A DNA stretch of 64,000 nucleotides. It comes from an uncultured Candidatus Rokubacteria bacterium (GTDB taxonomy: Bacteria; Methylomirabilota; Methylomirabilia; Rokubacteriales; DASRDR01). The stretch's first letter is position 1; every line of letters begins with the position of its first letter. Positions 60,337-64,000 of this stretch are shown piece after piece. The translations under genes were made by a program, and so were the position numbers. The stretch lies in the NCBI GenBank assembly GCA_963708025.1, contig CAVPSB010000032.1, positions 288,001-352,000 on the forward strand, written 5' to 3'. The notes beneath the pieces are model-generated. The model had not been told where the DNA came from. It worked only from the letters and a program-made list of their open reading frames with translations, and searched no databases.

Positions 60337-60936
60337 TCACTTCTGATGCGCTAACATCGGGCCGGGCACCGGGGTCAGCTTGCCGGTCTCGCCCGGCCGG
60401 ATCCAGCGGACCACGAGGGTCGCGGTGTAGCGCTTCTGAAAGTACATGATCCGGAGCGGATACCAGCCGGGCTGATCGATCGTCACCTCGACGCGCTCCG
60501 ACGTCGTGTCGGGGTGGACGCCGGGGTCCTCGTGCAGGAGCTTGCCGCCGATCTCCACCCGCACCCCGTCGTTGGAGGTGACGTCGAAGCCGTAGGTCCC
60601 CGCCGTCTCGAAGCGGATGAAGCCCGTGATGATGGCGCCCACGCCTTCCCGGGCCTTGCTGGTCAGCACGATGCCGCTCCCCATCCGCCAGTCGAGGTGG
60701 GTGATCGGGGGCCCGCTCTCGAACTTGCGGCCGTTCATCTCGCCGAGGTAATTCATGATGGCATAGGTGTACTCGACGGCGAGGCCGGGTGCGAGTTGGT
60801 CACCGATCGGCTGGGGCTCAGCCGGCCGAACACCGGTGATCGTCGGGGTCGCGATGGCGGGCCCGAGGGGCTGAGTCGTGGCACAGCCACTGAAGGTGGC
60901 CATGCAGAGGGCGACGGTGAGGGCGCGCAACTTCAT
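60337..60936 (-). CDS. PA14-domain lipoprotein
   Basis: Lipobox FSGC; GFI..ETAGTY.F...SNDGVRV.IG and GWYPLRI.YFQ patterns; SD GAGGAGG. Confidence 0.8.
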   Translation of the reverse strand: MKLRALTVALCMATFSGCATTQPLGPAIATPTITGVRPAEPQPIGDQLAPGLAVEYTYAIMNYLGEMNGRKFESGPPITHLDWRMGSGIVLTSKAREGVGAIITGFIRFETAGTYGFDVTSNDGVRVEIGGKLLHEDPGVHPDTTSERVEVTIDQPGWYPLRIMYFQKRYTATLVVRWIRPGETGKLTPVPGPMLAHQK

Positions 60937-61040
60937 CGGGTCGCCTCCTCGAGGCTCACTGGCCTTACGCGAGTACGCCGCGATCCAGCTCGGACAGGAG
61001 GGACGGCAAGTATGCTATCCGGCAACTCGCTGCGTCGTCA

Positions 61041-61076
61041 AGAGCCCAGACCTTCGTCAGAGCCCAGACCTTCGTC
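61041..61076. repeat. Perfect 18-bp tandem duplication AGAGCCCAGACCTTCGTC x2
   Basis: Directly visible upstream of the PA14 lipoprotein. Confidence 0.85.
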
Positions 61077-61528
61077 TTGGCGGCCGATCACGGCCAGTCT
61101 GTCCTTAACCCGGCCTGAATCGCTCATTCGCTGATGCCGATGGTGGCGCCTGGACGGTGGCGCAACAGGCAGCGTGGGAGGCGCTCAGAAGGCGGCGGCA
61201 GGCGGGACTCTACATCGGCCGAGAACCTGGCGCACGCTCTGGCAAGATCTCCAGCGTGGCCATCCTCTACAACCCAGGAACTGTTGCAGCGATTGCGGGA
61301 CGCAGGCGGGCGTTACCCCATGTCGGCCATCCAGCAACTGAGTCCGATAGAAGCTGAGAATACGCTTCTTGGCCCGCTGTTCGACGTGTCGGACCGCGCG
61401 GATGAAGCGCGGTCCGTCAAGCAGCGGCAGATCTGGCGGTCGGGACCGGCGGAGCCTCCGGAATGGGGGAAGTCGCCTCGGACTGGGACGTTGAGGCGGC
61501 GATGATCCTCGGGGAGGACACCGGACGA

Positions 61529-62053
61529 TCAGGGTGCCTCCGGACGGGCTCGGCGTCGGAACCTCGATTGTGCGACCCGCTTGCCGGCACAGGCAGGGCA
61601 GAGCCCACGGAATATGATTTCGACACCGCTGACCACAAAGCCGTGGCGTTCTCCGGACGGAAGACTGAGGCGCGACTCACCCTCAGGGTGAACGTCGCGG
61701 GTCGCGCCGCAGCCCTGGCACACGAGGTGGTGGTGGGGATCGGCGGTATTGGGATCGTAACGCTTGGCCCCCCCGTCGGGCGCGAGCTCGAGAACCTCTC
61801 CCAGCTCGACGAGCTCGTTGAGCGTGTTGTAGACAGTGGCCCGGCTGATCTCCGGAAGCCGGGCCCTCGCCCGGGCATGGACCTCGTCGGCCGTGATGTG
61901 CACGTGCTCGCCGGCCAGCACCTCGGCAATCACCCGGCGCTGCGCCGTCATGCGCCACCGCCGCTGTCGCAGGCGCCCCAGCAGCTCCTTCCCCTTCGCC
62001 GGCAACGTCCCTCCTGGATTCGTCCGGATCGCTTCCCGGGTGCTAGCCGCCAC
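61529..62053 (-). CDS. Fur-family regulator, FurA/PerR-like
   Basis: RMTAQRRVI, H.TADEV, ISRATVYNTL, RYD, HHHLVC..C, GLC..C; start uncertain. Confidence 0.9.
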   Translation of the reverse strand: MAASTREAIRTNPGGTLPAKGKELLGRLRQRRWRMTAQRRVIAEVLAGEHVHITADEVHARARARLPEISRATVYNTLNELVELGEVLELAPDGGAKRYDPNTADPHHHLVCQGCGATRDVHPEGESRLSLPSGERHGFVVSGVEIIFRGLCPACAGKRVAQSRFRRRARPEAP

Positions 62054-62068
62054 CAGCCATCCAGTATC

Positions 62069-62150
62069 CCATAGGACGCGGTCCGATAGGTCTCGGTCCG
62101 ATAGGTCTCGATCTAGATGAAGTCTAGTATGATATTATGTCGTTAATTAT
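62069..62150. promoter_or_regulatory. Candidate operator array and AT-rich promoter between the fur-like gene and the di-haem protein
   Basis: Three ~15-bp tandem units CC(G)ATAGG(A/T)C(G/T)CG(G/A)T, palindrome CTAGA-N5-TCTAG at 62113-62127, then TATGAT. Confidence 0.55.
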
Positions 62151-62307
62151 CCGGCTCCCAGCGTCAAGGAGGGAACAATCGCGTCGAGAGCAGCCCGATC
62201 GCCGACGACTAACGTGGAGACGGTCGGCGCCACCGGAGATCGACTCGCCTGCGTCACTCATCATGAGCTGAGCCGTGAGGATCTGCTCGCGTAAGGGAGG
62301 ATGCCCC

Positions 62308-63705
62308 ATGAAGCTCCATAAGAGTCGGGGTGTGTGGTTGACGATGGCCATGGCCAGCGTGCTGCTGATCTTGGGTCCTGGCCTGGCCCAGGTCCGCGGA
62401 CAGTCGAGCTATGCTCCCGTGGACATCAAGGAGACCTTCGCGTCGATCATGGCGCGCATGACCCGGGCGAAACCGGAGATCGAGAAGCGACAGGCCGACC
62501 TGCTGAACGAGCGCTACGACCTGGGCAACCGGCCCGCCCCGAGTGTCACGATGTCACGAGGGAAGCCGGTTCAGGAAGGCCCCCGCGCCACGCTGGCCCC
62601 CGGAGTGACCTGGGAAACCCTGGCGGCCATGAGTTCCGACGAGATCCGGGACAGGAACGTGTTCCCCAAGGGGTTCTATCCGCTGCCTCATCCCAACCAT
62701 CCTGAGGGGGGCATGCTCTTTCCGCGGTTCGAGATCGAGGAGATCAAGAAGCAGGAGGGGCGCGACCTGACGCGCTTCGATCTCGACTACGATCTGCCCG
62801 ATCATTTCCTGCCCGAGTTTCCGGCCCCCATCTACCTGACCACCCGCCCCGACCTGGGCGACGTGTCCCGGGGCAAGCTGGTGACCATCGACAACTACTA
62901 CGAGCTGTTCAACGGCCTCCTGAATCCCAAGCAACTGGAGGGGCTCCGGTTGCTGGTGACGCCTTTCCCCCAGCAGCAGTTCAACCAGACCGAGGATCGC
63001 CGTTCCGAGAGACCGAGCCGGGGGGTGGCTTGCCTCGATTGCCACGCCAACGGCCACACGAACGCCGCCACGCATCTGGTCGGCGACATCCGTCCCCAGG
63101 AGTTCCGGCACCGCCTCGATACGCCGTCGCTGCGGGGCGTGAACATCCAGCGTCTGTTCGGCTCGCAGCGGGCATTGAAGTCGGTCGAGGACTTCACCGA
63201 GTTCGAGCAGCGGGCGGCCTACTTCGACGGGGACCCGGTGATCGCCACCAAGAAGGGGGTCAACATCCTCGAGCGCGGCAGCCAGGTCCATGACATGGCC
63301 GAATTCCAGGAGCTGCTGGACTTTCCGCCAGCGCCGAAGCTGGACCTCATGGGACGGCTCGACCCGAAGAAGGCCACGCCGGCCGAGCTCCGGGGACAGG
63401 CCCTCTTCTTCGGCAAGGGCAACTGCGCCGTCTGCCACGTGCCGCCCTACTACACCGACAATCTCATGCACAACCTCCGGACCGAGCGCTTCTACAAGCC
63501 GCTGCTGATCAACGGGCGCATGGCCAGCGCCGACGGCCCGATCAAGACGTTTCCCCTGCGCGGCATCAAGGACTCGCCCCCATACCTCCACGACGGGCGG
63601 TTGCTGACGTTGGAGGATACGGTGGAGTTCTTCAACCTGATCCTCGGCGTGCAACTGACGCCGCAGGAAAAGCAGGACCTGGTGGCATTCCTGCGCACCT
63701 TGTAG
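62308..63705 (+). CDS. Secreted di-haem c-type cytochrome of the peroxidase/MauG superfamily (often labelled cytochrome B6)
   Basis: SD AAGGGAGG, signal peptide, CLDCH, DTPSLRG, CAVCH, KTFPLRG...PYLHDG. Confidence 0.88.
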   Translation: MKLHKSRGVWLTMAMASVLLILGPGLAQVRGQSSYAPVDIKETFASIMARMTRAKPEIEKRQADLLNERYDLGNRPAPSVTMSRGKPVQEGPRATLAPGVTWETLAAMSSDEIRDRNVFPKGFYPLPHPNHPEGGMLFPRFEIEEIKKQEGRDLTRFDLDYDLPDHFLPEFPAPIYLTTRPDLGDVSRGKLVTIDNYYELFNGLLNPKQLEGLRLLVTPFPQQQFNQTEDRRSERPSRGVACLDCHANGHTNAATHLVGDIRPQEFRHRLDTPSLRGVNIQRLFGSQRALKSVEDFTEFEQRAAYFDGDPVIATKKGVNILERGSQVHDMAEFQELLDFPPAPKLDLMGRLDPKKATPAELRGQALFFGKGNCAVCHVPPYYTDNLMHNLRTERFYKPLLINGRMASADGPIKTFPLRGIKDSPPYLHDGRLLTLEDTVEFFNLILGVQLTPQEKQDLVAFLRTL

Positions 63706-63901
63706 ATGATCGCCGGCGACGGAGCGCGTTCCTAAACGGTCTACGCCTTCTGAGTGGAACTCATCACGTGTCGCAATTGCAGGATTGTGAATGAAGCACA
63801 CCCGCACTCCCAGCTAGACTAGCTCGGGACAGAGAACCTGGCCGTACGGTAGTTGGATGGATAGGATTGCAAGGCCTGACCCCATGGGAGGTCACACGTC
63901 G

Positions 63902-64000
63902 ATGCCGAGCCGCCGGTCGCTGCTCTTCCCGCCCGTGCTCCTCGCCGTCCTCACGGGCTGCGCCGTGTCCCAGCCGCCCCTCCGGCCCGCCGATCTGCCC
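63902..64000 (+). CDS. Putative lipoprotein, 5' end only
   Basis: GGGAGG upstream; MPSRRSLLFPPVLLAVLTGC lipobox; runs off the window. Confidence 0.6.
   Translation, partial: MPSRRSLLFPPVLLAVLTGCAVSQPPLRPADLP

Noticed and set aside
60140-60346. Small ORF after the P1B ATPase
   Set aside because: No motif or clear ribosome-binding site, and it overlaps the convergent gene end
61134-61505. Protein-coding gene between the PA14 lipoprotein and the fur-like gene
   Set aside because: No SD, atypical codon usage and no recognisable domain; may be a decayed fragment, but I cannot support a call

Overview
Very GC-rich bacterial chromosome segment. Gene style suggests Candidatus Rokubacteria/Methylomirabilota, but this is inference only. 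1-5 kb: housekeeping block rplU-rpmA-obg-proB, a DedA/VTT membrane protein, an ECF sigma factor and a WXXGXW-repeat secreted protein. 5-16.6 kb: an 11-subunit complex I-like operon (nuoA-B-C-[NIPSNAP]-D-H-I-J-K-L-M-N) with no nuoE/F/G. Several of its gene junctions are filled with palindromic repeats, some encoding frame-conserved mini-ORFs that end at, or run into, the next start codon. 17-45.6 kb: a frameshifted CHASE4/PAS hybrid kinase, then a catabolic region with a CUT1 ABC importer plus acetamidase, a HAAT ABC importer plus CoxLMS/XDH-like molybdoenzyme and amidase, a divergent cysteine-synthase-like/CoA-transferase/LLM/PxpB operon, a 5'-nucleotidase, and a class V aminotransferase flanked by 59-bp direct repeats. 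45.6-64 kb: a partly decayed accessory region with two di-haem peroxidase/MauG-superfamily genes, an AbrB-PIN toxin-antitoxin pair, several gene fragments, an integrase relic next to a tRNA-Ala-like 3' att core, a metal/ion homeostasis cluster (UPF0016, USP, anion ABC, MgtA, P1B-5 ATPase) and a FurA/PerR-like regulator with a tandem operator-like array. No complete rRNA, tRNA or CRISPR array was found. All calls come from reading the sequence; no database searches were run.
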